64,000 nucleotides of DNA from Rhizodiscina lignyota (taxonomy: Eukaryota). The stretch's first letter is position 1. The number at the start of each line of letters is the position of its first letter. This document shows, in pieces, positions 23,650 to 37,482 of this stretch. The position numbers were made by a program, and so were the translations under genes. The notes beneath the pieces are model-generated. The model had not been told where the DNA came from and did not search any database. It saw only the letters and a list, made by a program, of their open reading frames with translations. The stretch is taken from the NCBI GenBank assembly GCA_010015805.1, contig ML978135.1, positions 558,001 to 622,000 on the forward strand. The letters are read 5' to 3'.

Positions 23650-24978
23650 ATGGCGAGTGAACAGAAGCGTATCCGCATTGCTGTCGTTGGTGGCGGGATC
23701 GGAGGTCTCTGTCTGGCGCTTGGTCTCTTGCGACACCCACAACTGGACGTACATGTCTACGAAGCGGCACCACAGTTCGCTGAAATCGGGGCTGGCGTAG
23801 CATTTGGAATCAATGCTCAGACAGCGTTGTTCAAGTTGGATCCACGGATCAGGCCTGCATATGAGACGATTCGAACATCGAATGTCGACGCAAGTACGGA
23901 TGCGGAACAGAAAAAGGCAACGTATTTCAGGATCCAGCTGGGTATGGATCATAAGAATGGGAAAGATAAAGCTGATGACCAAATTTGCGAGATCATGTGT
24001 GTTGGAGGCTTCAGCAGCGTTCATCGCGCACGGTTCTTGGATTCGCTTGTAGCGCTACTACCGGAGAAAGTAATGCAAGATAATGTCAGTTTTGGACACA
24101 GGTTTGTAGATTTAAAAGAGCTGCCTGATGGGAAAGTGCAATTGGAATTTGCAAATGGAAAAACTGCCGAAGCCGATGCGGTTATCGGCTGCGACGGGAT
24201 CAAGAGCGAGGTCCGACAAATCCTGCTTGGTAGAGACAGGCCCGAGTCGAAGCCACGATTCACGCACAAATACGCTTATCGTGGCCTTATTCCGATGGAA
24301 CGAGCACGAGCAGAGCTGGGTGACAGGCAAGCTCAAAATAGTCATCACAACCTGGGATACGACGGTCATGTTCTCACATTCCCAATCGACAAAGGCAAGA
24401 CAATGAATGTAGTTGCATTCCAGACCATGGAACGCGACTGGGACCAGTCGGACTGGGTCAAGCAGGTGAAGAAGGAAGACTTGGTGAGAGACTTTCAGCA
24501 CTGGGGGGCCAATGTCAGGAAAATCATCGGCATGATGGAGAGGTGTGACATGTGGGCCCTCTTCGAGCACCCTCCGTCGCACACATATCACAAGAAAGGC
24601 CAGATCTGTTTACTAGGAGATGCAGCGCATGCCAGCACTCCGCACCAAGGGTCAGGCGCCGGAATGGCTATCGAGGACGCGTACATTCTGTCCAGCCTCC
24701 TGGGAGATATTCAAGACACCAGTATGCTGGAAGCGGTGTTCCATGCATATGAAACGGTCAGGAAAGCCAGGACGCAGCTCCTGGTGTCCAGAAGTCACGA
24801 ACAGTCGATGCTTTACGACTTCCAAGCGGATGGAATCCGTGACGACGTATCGAAGCTTGCCGAGATCCTCCCTCGGAGATGGGACTGGATATGGGACGAA
24901 GATTTGGAAGTCGAGTTGAGAGATGCCAGATCAATATTGAACCAGAAGGCGCCGAATGCCAGTAAGCCGAACATCTAA
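23650..24978 (+). CDS. FAD-dependent monooxygenase, salicylate-hydroxylase-like
   Basis: VVGGGIGG, EIGAGV, VIGCDG, LLGDAAHASTPHQGSGAGMAIED motifs. Single exon, 442 aa. Confidence 0.93.
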   Translation: MASEQKRIRIAVVGGGIGGLCLALGLLRHPQLDVHVYEAAPQFAEIGAGVAFGINAQTALFKLDPRIRPAYETIRTSNVDASTDAEQKKATYFRIQLGMDHKNGKDKADDQICEIMCVGGFSSVHRARFLDSLVALLPEKVMQDNVSFGHRFVDLKELPDGKVQLEFANGKTAEADAVIGCDGIKSEVRQILLGRDRPESKPRFTHKYAYRGLIPMERARAELGDRQAQNSHHNLGYDGHVLTFPIDKGKTMNVVAFQTMERDWDQSDWVKQVKKEDLVRDFQHWGANVRKIIGMMERCDMWALFEHPPSHTYHKKGQICLLGDAAHASTPHQGSGAGMAIEDAYILSSLLGDIQDTSMLEAVFHAYETVRKARTQLLVSRSHEQSMLYDFQADGIRDDVSKLAEILPRRWDWIWDEDLEVELRDARSILNQKAPNASKPNI

Positions 24979-25269
24979 AGGGCACTGTATACTGCATAGA
25001 ACATCTGTTACAGTGTTACTCATAGACTTCCACCAGCTGTCACAATGCGCAGCTGTGTCATCCCATTACACACCTTGTGCCAATTTCACATGCCTGATTC
25101 AAGCATCACCGTTCCATCAACACAGAGCGGCTGTTACACACTATTCAGATATATATTTCGCGCTCTCTTCAACTCTCTCTCTACATTCCTTTTCATATGC
25201 TCTCTGTTCTCCAACTAGAACGAACACGTTTCCTCATACGATACCTTCCCATACACTCTCCATCCTCTA

Positions 25270-26175
25270 ATGGTAATGGACATCTCCAAATCGCAAAAAA
25301 GAAAAACAATATCGAAGACACACTTCAAATCCCACGGCAGAACCAAACGACTCACAACGTACTCCAAGTCTTCGACCTTCAACCGAAATGGAATCTTTGA
25401 CTTCTTGGGTCTGCCTGGAGAACTCCGCATCATGGTCTACGAGTGGAGTTTACTTTTATCGTATCACGAGGGCATTCCTGTTCCTCGATCTGGTACACTT
25501 GTAGCATCCGAGTATTTTGCGTCCTTAAGGAACCCAATCGCCGCTCTAAACCGACAGGTTCGTGAAGAATTCCTTCCGCACCTTCGAGGGAAGCAGATCT
25601 GCGTCGACATGCGCGAATATCGATTTTATCTGCCCTTCGGATCTGTCGTACAAGACTTCAAGGCACGCCATGATCGCCGATGCATCAACATGCCGTACAA
25701 CTACCTTCTCTGGAGATTCCCGCCGCGCACACTCGGCAACTGCTGGCAATATCTCAATGACTTTGTCGATGTCATAGCTAATAGTCACGTCCCAAGGCAC
25801 CTGGAAGTCGATTTCGGAAAAGGAACAGAATACGATACGAACACCGTTGGCGGTCTCATCATCGAACTGCTTAGAGTGACAAAGGAGCATATGGATGACT
25901 CCATTGATTGGTCGAGCTATTGGGGTGGTGGTATGGGCTTCTTACGTCTTAAATCGCTCAAATTCACTTGGCAGCTGCCTCTTTGCAGCAAACCATTAGC
26001 CGGCAAGGATCGTAAGATGGTAGAACGAGGTCTAAATATAGCATCAGAGAGGATAAAGGGGGCTCTATTCAAGAGACTGATTCCTGAGGCCGAGAGGATT
26101 GCTAAGGCTGAGAGGCAAGTGCGATCTAACAGAAAGTGCCGTCACCACCGTGGAACAACACTGCCTTCGATGTGA
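25270..26175 (+). CDS. Hypothetical protein with F-box-like motif
   Basis: Basic N-terminus, then FDFLGLPGELRIMVYE and LNRQVREE. 301-aa ORF. Confidence 0.65.
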   Translation: MVMDISKSQKRKTISKTHFKSHGRTKRLTTYSKSSTFNRNGIFDFLGLPGELRIMVYEWSLLLSYHEGIPVPRSGTLVASEYFASLRNPIAALNRQVREEFLPHLRGKQICVDMREYRFYLPFGSVVQDFKARHDRRCINMPYNYLLWRFPPRTLGNCWQYLNDFVDVIANSHVPRHLEVDFGKGTEYDTNTVGGLIIELLRVTKEHMDDSIDWSSYWGGGMGFLRLKSLKFTWQLPLCSKPLAGKDRKMVERGLNIASERIKGALFKRLIPEAERIAKAERQVRSNRKCRHHRGTTLPSM

Positions 26176-26597
26176 ATCGCGAGACCGTGGAGAGGTTCCG
26201 AACCCGGCATCGAAGAAGATGAAACAAACTATGTTCAGGAGGCTGGTTGCTGAGGTAGAAATGGGAACAGGAGTTTTCATGACTGAAAGCGCCGTATAAG
26301 CCGGAAGCTGTATCTTGGGTCGTGGGACTCGGATTTATGGTCGGAGGAATGATTTTTGAGCGCCGAACCGAATTATCTTGGGTGCGAATAAGGAAAGGGA
26401 ATGCTGAGACGACAAGCGATTAGATTCTCGATTTGATCTCGGCCAAAATCACTAATTCATTTGCACTACATATGCTACATTCTATGCACCAGGAGAAATT
26501 ATCATTAACTACGCTGTCTGCAGTATCAATTCCATCTCAACGCTGACACGAAGAACAACACTAACGCACCCCTACGTCGGGTCTCCTAGCTTGCCTA

Positions 26598-27773
26598 CTA
26601 ATTATTGTTGTTGCAATCCGGGCACGGGACTGGCACATTCAGGTAGCATCTGTTGTTGTTGCAGTTGCGGTTGTCATCCTCCTCCTCCTCCTCTTCCTCT
26701 TCTTCCTCCTCTTCTTCCTCCTCTTCTTCCTCCTCCTCTTCCTCATAGTGCTCCGGATGTTCAGGAGGGCCGCCATGACCGCCGGGAGGCCCAAATGAAG
26801 GTGGGGGTGGCTGGAACCAAGGCGGGGGACCAGAAGGAGCGAACGGAGGTTGAGAGGGGCCCGATGGTGCTTGCGGGGGTTGAGGAGGTCCTGAGGGCTG
26901 CTCCTGAGATGGGGCACTAGGTGCCTCGAACGAAGGCTGCTCCTCAGCGGGGGGACTTGGTGGCTGGAACCAAGGTGGAGGCCCGGAGGGAGCGAACGAA
27001 GGTGGAGAAGGCGGAGCAGGTGCTGATGGTGGCTGCTGTGCCGCACGTGCGAAGGGACAATCGGGCTTGTCGTCCTCGCAGGATGGAGCTGAGGGGGCTG
27101 AAGGGCCTGAAGGAGCTGAAGGAGCAGTAGGTGGAGATGGATGTGACGGCGGCGCTGGATGTGCGAAAGGGCAGCCGTGCTTGCTGGCCTTGCAAGCTGG
27201 AGCTGGTGGTGAAGGAGGGGCGGCGCAGCTTGATGTTGTGTCGTCATCCGTTGAAATGGTAATAGAGACACACTTCTGGCCGGTGAGCGCCCTGAGGAGA
27301 TTCATTAGCTAATACAATGGTAGTAAAGGAAAAACGAAACCTTACTTGTTATAGATGTTCCACTCCTTGCTGTTCACAGGGCAGGCGTAGAATGCAGTGC
27401 TGTCGTTGTATGCAATGTCGCCATCCGACGTGATGGATGCACCAGTAGCGGCTGCATCAATGTCAGTTCTGTCATAGGGCAGTGCACTAAAGTATCACTT
27501 ACCAGTAGCACCAGCCTGGCACACCCACTGGCCATTGGGATCCGAAAAGAGGCAACCACGGCCCGAGTTGTCGTAAATGGCACCATCGCGAAGGCAGTAT
27601 GTCGCTGGCGAATAGCTACCGCCAATACGATTTTGGCCGTCAGTAGTCTGGCCGATGCTACCAGAAGCCGAGCCATGGGCCCACAGCGAGGAGCAGCACC
27701 CCTGCTGTCGCGGCCGAAGAGGCGAAGCAATACCCCCGAGGGCAAAGACGAAAGGTACGTATGCGTACTTCAT
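26598..27773 (-). CDS. Secreted Pir/Cis3-like cell-wall protein with Pro-rich, poly-Glu and Cys/Asn tail (~356 aa, 3 exons)
   Basis: Signal peptide MKYAYVPFVFALGGIASP. GQTTDGQNRIG, GRGC, QWVC, FYACP...WNIY...C motifs. Introns 27452..27502 and 27292..27345 keep the frame. Confidence 0.8.
26679..26744 (-). repeat. GAG/GAA trinucleotide tract encoding 22 Glu
   Basis: 66 nt of CTC/TTC triplets on the + strand. Confidence 0.95.
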
Positions 27774-28936
27774 CTTGAGGGCCGTTTGGAGCGAGCGACA
27801 AGCAAAGAGTGAGATGAACAGGTGAAAGAGGAGGGGAGAAGGCAACCTCTCCCTTATACCTAAGCAGATTCTTCATGTGGGCCTTGGAAGCATTGAGATA
27901 TACCAGTTGACACCACTAGAGAAGGATTGGATTCAACATCACTGGCTTTGTTGAGATTAAAATGGTGCAACCAACCTGCGGGGAAGCACTCAGACAGACG
28001 GGGATTGGCAACGCGGAAGGGAACTGACAGAGCTCGCAAGTAAGATAGGAAGGAAAAGATGACGGTAGAGCTGAGAAGGAGTTTTCCCATCTTTTGGACG
28101 GTAAATTTTCAAGCCTCATAACCGATGGCGATGACAAGAACAAAAACCCCAGACGGTGAAGAGAAGGAGAGATAAATCGCCACAGAAAAGGGAGACGAGG
28201 TCTCCACAAAAAGGAGAGAGGCCCCTGGGACCCAGCACTTGTCATGTCACCTTCACGTGAAATGTAGTCGAGATGAGTTTTGCTTTGGAAAGAGTCCCGA
28301 TCTCTTTGGTTTCCATGGCTGCGGGGAAAACCCGCCTCTTCGCAGGATGAGCAGACATCTGCAAACAGCAACCGTGCAGCATCACAAGAACAAGGAGCAA
28401 GACTGAGACGAGTATTAGAATCAAGCATGAAAGCACTGTTGAGAGCTGAAGTCTTCTGGGAACTGCAGCTCTCGTTGAGACCTGTGCCCACGAGGGAAGC
28501 CGTCAGAATGCGCAGTGCTGGGATTTATCCGCGCATTGCTCCAGCTTTGAGCAGAACTGTTATGTACATGAGAAATCAGATTATCTCGGACGTGAATCTG
28601 AGATGGCAGACGCTCTTAGAAATGCGATGCAATATTGATAGTAGTGACGAAGGGATTTGAAAGATGAAGGAGAGGAGACTCGGAGGATCACGTAGACAAA
28701 GTAAACGGTGATACAGCGGACCCCAGCAAAGAAAGGGACAATATCGACGGCCTTGGAGGCGAAGCGGCCCGCGGATCGATGGGACTCGCCGATTGCGGCC
28801 GAATTTGCAATCACTAAACTTCATTATTCTTGTACATATCTTGAATCGACCTTCTAGAGATTGGCCATGCACTAATCACAGTTTGAGATACCCGACGCGT
28901 GTATGGATATTAGATTTCGTCCTTGAGGACTGCGCA

Positions 28937-30716
28937 ATGACACCAAGAGGCCCATTCGTGGGCCTCCGATTTCTGCCCCGAACAGCCATCCGTCCTGTGA
29001 GGCGAGATCAGACGAGACGCATATGTTCGAGCTGCCTACGACATCTGAGGTCGAGGGGTGATTTCAGGGGAGCGGCAGCTGCGAGACCGTTTCCACAATG
29101 GCGGGCCTTGGAAAGCCAGATTCGCCATAGTCGCGGGACACCAACAGCTCAACGGGCCTCGCTGGCTACTGTGGCCAATGGTAAGAAACTCTCTCAGGTG
29201 CGCTAGTTCTAAACTACACTGACAAAATGAGTAGTGAGAGAGAACAATCGCGGGCCCATAGAAGAATACGATGAGCGCGTCCACGCCGGACGGTTGCGCG
29301 ACGATGAGCATCAACGAGGTATCATCGGCCATCTTCAAGACCTCCACGATATGCTCGTCGACTACACTCCCCCCAAAGTTATACATCCAACCATAGAATC
29401 TCTTCAGCCACCTAAGAAGTCCGTATTCAGCTCTCTCTTCGGTGGCGGACAAACAAGTTACAAAACCAAAATCACTATTCCACCAGATGTACCCAAGGGA
29501 TTATATATGTATGGCGACGTTGGCAGTGGGAAGACGATGCTTATGGACCTATTTTTCGAGACGATACCCGGCAACATAAAGTCGAAGACGCGAATACACT
29601 TCCACAACTTCATGCAAGAGGTGCATAAGGAGATGCACAAATTCAAGATGACACATGGCAATGACATTGATGGCATTCCTTTCGTCGCTGCGAATATTGC
29701 AGAGAAAGCCAGTGTGCTGTGCTTCGATGAGTTCCAGTGTACCGACGTGGCTGACGCAATGATTTTGAGGCGTCTGATTGAAAGCTTGATGAGCCACGGT
29801 TCAGTGATTGTCACGACCTCCAATAGACATCCGGACGAACTATACAAAAACGGGATACAACGAGAGAGCTTCATTCCATGTATCAACCTGTTAAAGGAAA
29901 GACTACGTGTGATCAACCTCGACTCAACTACAGACTACCGCAAGATTCCACGTCCGCCTTCTGGAGTGTACTACCATCCATTAGACAAAGCGGCAAAGAC
30001 CCACGCCGACAAGTGGTTCCGCTTCCTTGGTGATTTCGAAAACGACCCTCCTCATCCAGCGACGCACTCGGTGTGGGGCCGAGAGATTGACGTGCCTTTG
30101 GCTAGCGGCCGATGCGCAAAGTTCACCTTCAAAGAACTCATCGGACGTGCAACTGGAGCAGCAGACTATCTAGAACTAATGCGAAACTATGAGGCCTTCA
30201 TCATCACGGACGTTCCGGGAATGAGCCACAAGACAAGAGACTGGGCACGGCGATTCATCACATTTATCGATGCCGTGTACGAGAGTCGTGTACGTGATTT
30301 CCCTCCTTACTTAAACCTCTTAATTGGTGCTGATACCTCGCCAGGCAAAACTCGTCATGACGACCGAGCTCTCGCTAACCAATCTCTTCCTCTCTCATAA
30401 TGAGCTGGAAGAAGCAGTAACGACATCACAATCAACTGGTGATGTAGCGCCTGGTCCAGATAATAACCACGACGTGTCTGACGTTATGCGAAGCCTTATG
30501 GATGATCTCGGCATGAATATGAACATGTTGAAGAACAGTAGTATCTTTAGCGGAGACGAGGAGCGGTTCGCATTCGCAAGAGCATTGAGCCGGCTGAGTG
30601 AGATGGGGAGCCAAGAGTGGGTTGAACGCGGAATGGGCCTGGAGGATAAGGGAGGCAAGCAGGAGATGGAATCGTGGCAGCGTGTGAGGAGTAGATGGAG
30701 AGAAGATAGCCTGTAG
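28937..30716 (+). CDS. AFG1: Mitochondrial AFG1/LACE1-family ATPase, 3 exons
   Basis: Presequence-like N-terminus. PKGLYMYGDVGSGKT (Walker A), LCFDEFQ (Walker B), TSNRHPDELY, ARRFITFIDAVYE, FARALSRLSEM. Confidence 0.95.
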
Positions 30717-31479
30717 GGTGATTTGAGGATTTGCTGAGATACCCATTGAGTGTAAACTCACCAATATGCGGAAGCTTCTCGCAACCGCTGAATGCAATTG
30801 TAACAGACTGGCCCTATAGACTATTTGCTCGCGTGAACCTGCGGAGTAGCTCCTTCATAGACAGACGAGAGCATCCACAGGGAAGGAGGTACAAAAGTTA
30901 TAGCCTTCCAATTATAGTTTAGCGCTGATCGCCTGGTTTCAACCACGTCGTCCTCGTAACTTCTGCGCTGGATTGCATTCCTTACAGGTCGGGCATGAAA
31001 GTCGACCAACCCCATGTTTTCATGAAGAGGCCTCGTACTGTGTATTTCGATGAATAAAAGTTTTACATTTGTCCTGCGGCTTGAGTGCTTTTCATCCGAG
31101 TGGGATGCCTAGCTGCCACTGCATATTGTTTGTCTGCCTATAAACTGGATCCAGCAGTAGTACTAAGTCGGAAAGCCACCTATGATCAAGAATGCCAACC
31201 TATGATAGACGAGCAGGAGCAAACGTGAAAGATAACAAAAGCAGGCAGAAAACTCAATGGCGGCTTTGCAGCCCGCCATATCAAGATGGTGGTGGCTGAG
31301 TCGTACGACATGCAGCCTTGCGATAGTTGCGGAACAACACTTCCCAGAACCTCTGACTTACCATAGGTATATAGATATGCAGGAACCAAAGGGGTTCATG
31401 GCGAGTACTCATTCGTCATGCATTAACATGCACAACTCCAGCGCATTGCCACGCTTTCCGTCAACAATATCAGCCAAGG

Positions 31480-33950
31480 ATGGATAGACATGACCTCGAA
31501 GCCGGCGATCCTCTCCAACCACTATTGACCGAGAATCCAGTAAAGACAAAGACAGTTGGTAGTGCGACATCAACTACAAACTCACCTGTCGCAACCAGTG
31601 AAGCCGCATACCGTGATGAATTGTCACCAACATCCGTTGCAAAGAGCGGGATTCCCGATACAGTTCCTGAAGATGGTGCGTTCCTCGAACCAGTGAATTT
31701 GCCTGCCCCGATGATCCAAGACCCAAAGGAGCCGGCAATCAGTAAGGTCTCTATTCAAACTACAACACGTAGTGGTCAAGCTCCGGAAAAGCCTGGTGGA
31801 CTTCCTGGAGCACACGCATCGTCAAATCGTGATTCCCACGGAATCTACTGGAGGTCGCCTGCCCTCATGGGATCTGGTTGGGCAGCTGGAGTCATATTCA
31901 GTATTGGACATCATCTATTCTACTCTCATTTTAATGGACTCATTGTCGGAAGCACAAACGAAGAGCAGTGGAACATCAGGTTTGTCTCTCCTTGGGCCTA
32001 CAGAGTCTTTTCTCGCAAACTCACTATTGAATTTAGAATTGGCTCTTTATTTGCACTGGTCGTAAAGACCATGCTCACAAGCTCTGTCTGGTTTGCCTAC
32101 ACTCAATGGCTCTGGCGGACTCTGAAGCGCAGAGCGATATCCCTCAGGGGTTTAGACGCTGCATTCAGTGCCGAGATCTCTATATGGTCTCTATTGAATC
32201 ATGAGTTGATCCTCAAGGTACGTATGGGAGCTGTACTAGCATTGATAGCTTGGTAAGTAACTCAGCTCTGTCATGGACTGCACATTTATTTCGTCACAGG
32301 TGCCTGCAGATTCCACCTTTGATAACGCCCGCTACCCTTCTGGTCATCCCCAGTTCCAATACCATACGTAATGAAACGAATGTCCTTAGCCTGGATATTG
32401 CGAATGCCACCAGTGCCAATTTCTTTGCGTACTTTATTCCGCTTAACGACACTGGCAATTTTCCGAACGCGAATAACAAACAGCCAGAGTTTCGACGGGC
32501 CACGCTCAATTCTTACTCGACTATCAACGGCCTCGGCCTCACTTGGTCAGATCCTTCCTGTAACTGCTCCTTTCGATGACTGTTCGTACCCTCTCAGCTT
32601 CTCGGCACCGTACGTGCACTGTACAGCAGCAAACTCGACCGTTGAACGTATTACGGATGCCCTTCTTGCGAAGATGAATTCTACTTGGGAAAAGAGCGGC
32701 CTGGCATTCATCGAAGCATATTACGCCTTTGTCCCTTCCCATGACGCGGATATGGAGAACATGACGACAATTTTCTATGAGGGCAAGAACTATACGGCCC
32801 TTGACCAGCCACGATTGCAAGAACAGCCAATGAACGCGACCAATGAGCTTTGGACGAAATACTATCGATATTCGCTTGATTCAAACGGGAACCTAAGATA
32901 CGACTTAAATGGAAAGCCCGTCGTTGTTCCAAATTACTCAGTGTGCAGTCTCTGGAACGCCTCGTACGAAGTCGAATTTTCATTCGCAGATGGCGTTCAG
33001 ACTGTCTCGAATAAAGGAATGAAACTTCTCCATCCCGTGGACTACCCTAGCAGTAATCCGAGTGAGGCATCTGACCCGGTGCAGATGGCATACTCGGCCC
33101 TGTTCATGGTTCTCACAGACCAGGTAGTGGGCATGATGGGCATATTCATCAACGACAGAACTTCAACACCTCAATATGGTTCAATCGATACGGAAATCGA
33201 GCACAACAGTCTTCTTGGGAGCAACGATCTGGACTATTTCTTCTATCTCAATTCGCTTGTAACCAAGCAAAATCAGACCACGTACTCTCCTCAACGACTC
33301 TCAGACAAGGAACTTGCCCAGAACCAGACACTGTCTTTCCTGCTACAACAGCTGTCTTTCAACGCGACAGTCAGCCTCATGAATGATCCTCTGCTCGCGT
33401 ACGTTCACAAGCTGCGTCCATGAATGAGACCGACACTAATTGCTACTGTAACAGATCCGAAGTAATGGCAAATGTCACCCATACAACACCCGTCAATCGA
33501 TATTCGTACGACGTAAGGAATCTTTGGCTCGCGTACGGTCTTGGTAACTTCTTCGCCCTCTGCGCCGTCGCCCTCGGTGTAATTGCCTTCATAAGCAATG
33601 ACGCCAGCCACAACAATGCTGTCTCAACGCTCTTGTCCATAGGCCGAGACCGGAGTTTGGATCCTCTGTTCCCGCCGTGCTGTCATGGAAGACTCCCCCT
33701 GCCGGAAGAGACTATGAATGCGCCGTTGAGGGTCCTGAAACAAGATGACGGAGTTGAAAATCTCATTCCGCCTCCAGGTGTTAAAATCGAGCCCTCTTGT
33801 AGAACTTGCGAAGCTCGAGCTGCTGCCGCAGCGTCTCCCAGATCTCCGAACACGGAGCGACGCCGTCTAAGCTCGTTCACTCGCTGGACAACAGGACCAA
33901 AGCCGTCGGAACGGAAGTCCAGCAGATTGGGATCTCTTGATTCCGTGTAG
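31480..33950 (+). CDS. Hypothetical multi-pass membrane glycoprotein, apparently carrying a frameshift near 32490
   Basis: GHHLFY, AYTQWLWRTLK, ITPATL, GPRSILTRLS, C..WNASY, LWLAYG blocks and many NxS/T sites. Introns near 31980-32036, 32253-32299 and 33399-33455. Confidence 0.75.
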
Positions 33951-34634
33951 AATAATAAGATGACGTTATTTGGCAATGTACTGATTATGTATTAGTTTTC
34001 TAACGCAGCAAATGTATATCGGATGGAACGCCCATGGACCATGGTTTCTGTGACCAATTGATACAGCCCTGCGCTCACAGGAATTATCAGTCCTAATTGA
34101 TCCTCCCCTAAAAGCACCGGCCCAAAAAATCATTCTGGGAATATTGAGAAGGCGATTCGGTAACTTGCTAGCAAAGAATGAGGAGGGTGGACAACAAGCC
34201 ACGAGATATGCAGCTACCTCGGAGAGAGAAATTGGTGCTGGATCTGAAAATACATCATATTTGCAAGCACCAATGGTCATAGGTCTGCGGGGTTGTTTGG
34301 TAGTTAGCATTCTAGTAGTATTATTTACATAAAGCAGCTTAGTTCCCATAGATCTGGGAATGGATATTGATTCGGAATAGTAGAACTGATAAGCCGAAAG
34401 GACACAAGAGCCCTAGTGATGCTTCTGGGATTCCAGAGTATGTCAATGCTAAGCCCAACGAAACAAGCCTTCGTGATCTGGCTTCAAGAGTCAGCATATC
34501 AAACCATGTCCGGACAAAGAATGCAATAAACTATACCTGCCATAGCCTTAGAAATGCTGTTACCCCAAACGCGCGAGTGTCTCCAACTCCGACGTATAGG
34601 TATCAAAGGAGAGGCCGTTAACGTATCCAGCCAT

Positions 34635-35234
34635 TTAACCAGTGGTATCAAGTTTCGCATTTCCCACCTTCACTCCACGATATTGATTCGGTAAACTCCT
34701 CTGCCTTCTGTATTCGGGGCTCTGGTTCTCGACATTTGGCGTTCGGCTTCCTCGACTCGGTGGCAAGCTCCGCTTTCTCGCCTTCTTTGGCATTTCCTGG
34801 CTGCGACCTTCCCCTGCTCCATCCTGTATCTCCCCCTCATCATCAGACTCGACAATGACGCCCTCCGTTGGGCTTCTCGATCTGTTCCTAGGTCTGCCTC
34901 GAAAAGTATGATCTGCGTCTGCGTCGCTTCTGCGTCTCCTTTTAGGTGTCGTCTTCTCCTTGGGCGAAGAGAAGTCGCTACGCTCCGAGGACGTAGTCCG
35001 GTGCTGACGCCATCGTCTCTTCTCACGGTGTCTGCTAGCTGATCGTCGGCCGTGGCCTCGAGATGGCGATGGTGATCTCGTGGGACTTGGTGAAACTGCA
35101 CTGTGCCTTCGCCGTTTGCGGCCTCGCGTCGGTGACGAGCGGGATGGGGGGTCGGACGGCTGCAAGGGCTCAATGGATGGTACGACGAGTCTGTCGACGA
35201 TCATTTTATCGGGAAGGGTATTGACAGTCGCCAT
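34635..35234 (-). CDS. Hypothetical Arg/Ser-rich basic protein
   Basis: ATG in CACAATGG context at 35234. SPTRGRKRRR and RGRPRNRSRSP low-complexity segments. Divergent from KRR1 at 210 bp. Confidence 0.55.
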   Translation of the reverse strand: MATVNTLPDKMIVDRLVVPSIEPLQPSDPPSRSSPTRGRKRRRHSAVSPSPTRSPSPSRGHGRRSASRHREKRRWRQHRTTSSERSDFSSPKEKTTPKRRRRSDADADHTFRGRPRNRSRSPTEGVIVESDDEGEIQDGAGEGRSQEMPKKARKRSLPPSRGSRTPNVENQSPEYRRQRSLPNQYRGVKVGNAKLDTTG

Positions 35235-35444
35235 TGTGGGTTGTTTGCATGGCTTAAGCGAGATGGTGGATGCTGCCTGGTGAGTTGTCGGATCGGCACT
35301 AGGTCTTGATGTCACACGAGCCAAGAATGCCAAGTCTGGGGTTCTGCCACCGCCCTGGATACTTTTTCTTGCTTGGACCCTTTGTGTCAGGGACATTGTA
35401 TCTGTTCCGCGACTTTTTGATGCACAACAACTGCACCTCTCAGG

Positions 35445-36564
<1,120 letters not shown>

Positions 36565-37482
36565 GAGCGGTTTGTAGTTGTCGTGGTGTTTGATGCTCGT
36601 TATTTGCATTAGTTTTAGATATCCCCGCGATCAGCAGCGTCTCTTTTACATTAAGCAGACGAAGATATCCTTTGAAGAACTCCGAGTTTGTTTGTTTAAG
36701 CGAGCCTGAAAATAATATAAGATGCCCATCTTGCCCCCTACAGATTTTCAAATGGATTGTGTTTCCTGCTTCGCCAGTCATCGAATAATCAAAATCACCG
36801 AGAGCAGCTCGGTTGTTAGCAGTTTCCCCGCCAAAGGCCTCCCGTATCATTTCCAACCTCATGTCTCCGACTCGATAACAGCAGCATCTTCGTGTTCAAC
36901 CGTTTCGGAATTCCCCACGCCCTTCATGTCCAAGACGGGACTTTCAACCACTCCGTTCTGGAGCGAAGCAGTTCGTTGCTTACGTTTTACGGCCCCGATG
37001 CGGACGCAACAGCCTCCGCCGCCGCTTTGCTCGCGAGCACATTCGGCCGTTGTGGACTCTTTCAGTTTCTGCCTATATGCGAAGTTGCCAACCCGATAAT
37101 GGTCTAATGACCCATCTGAAAACCAGGGAGCGGCATTGCTCGGTTTCATATCATTCTGATTCATTCTGCTGTGCGACATTATTACCGCTGGGGGCTGATG
37201 TCAGACACGAAGGCTACGATACGATGAAACAGAATGCCGTATCGTAACGCGCGCAGGCTCGCAAAGTCGCGTCGGTTGCGACAAGACCCGCAAGGACAGA
37301 CGGCAGGTTGTTTTGATGTGTTTTGGCAACGTCTGTTGCATTGCCTGTGAGATGCCATTTCTATATACGTATCTGCAAATGCGACTCGGCTGTTCTTTTC
37401 TGCATATGTTTGCCGTCAACTGAAAATTGGACGTTTGCCCCATTCGGAGCATTACTTTCTTGCCCCCCGAGGATTTCACTGC

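Noticed and set aside
26639..27271. Overlapping 210-aa ORF with a poly-Arg/Lys run
   Set aside because: Alternative frame of the Pro-rich/GAG-repeat exon; low complexity explains the lack of stops, and splicing selects the other frame.
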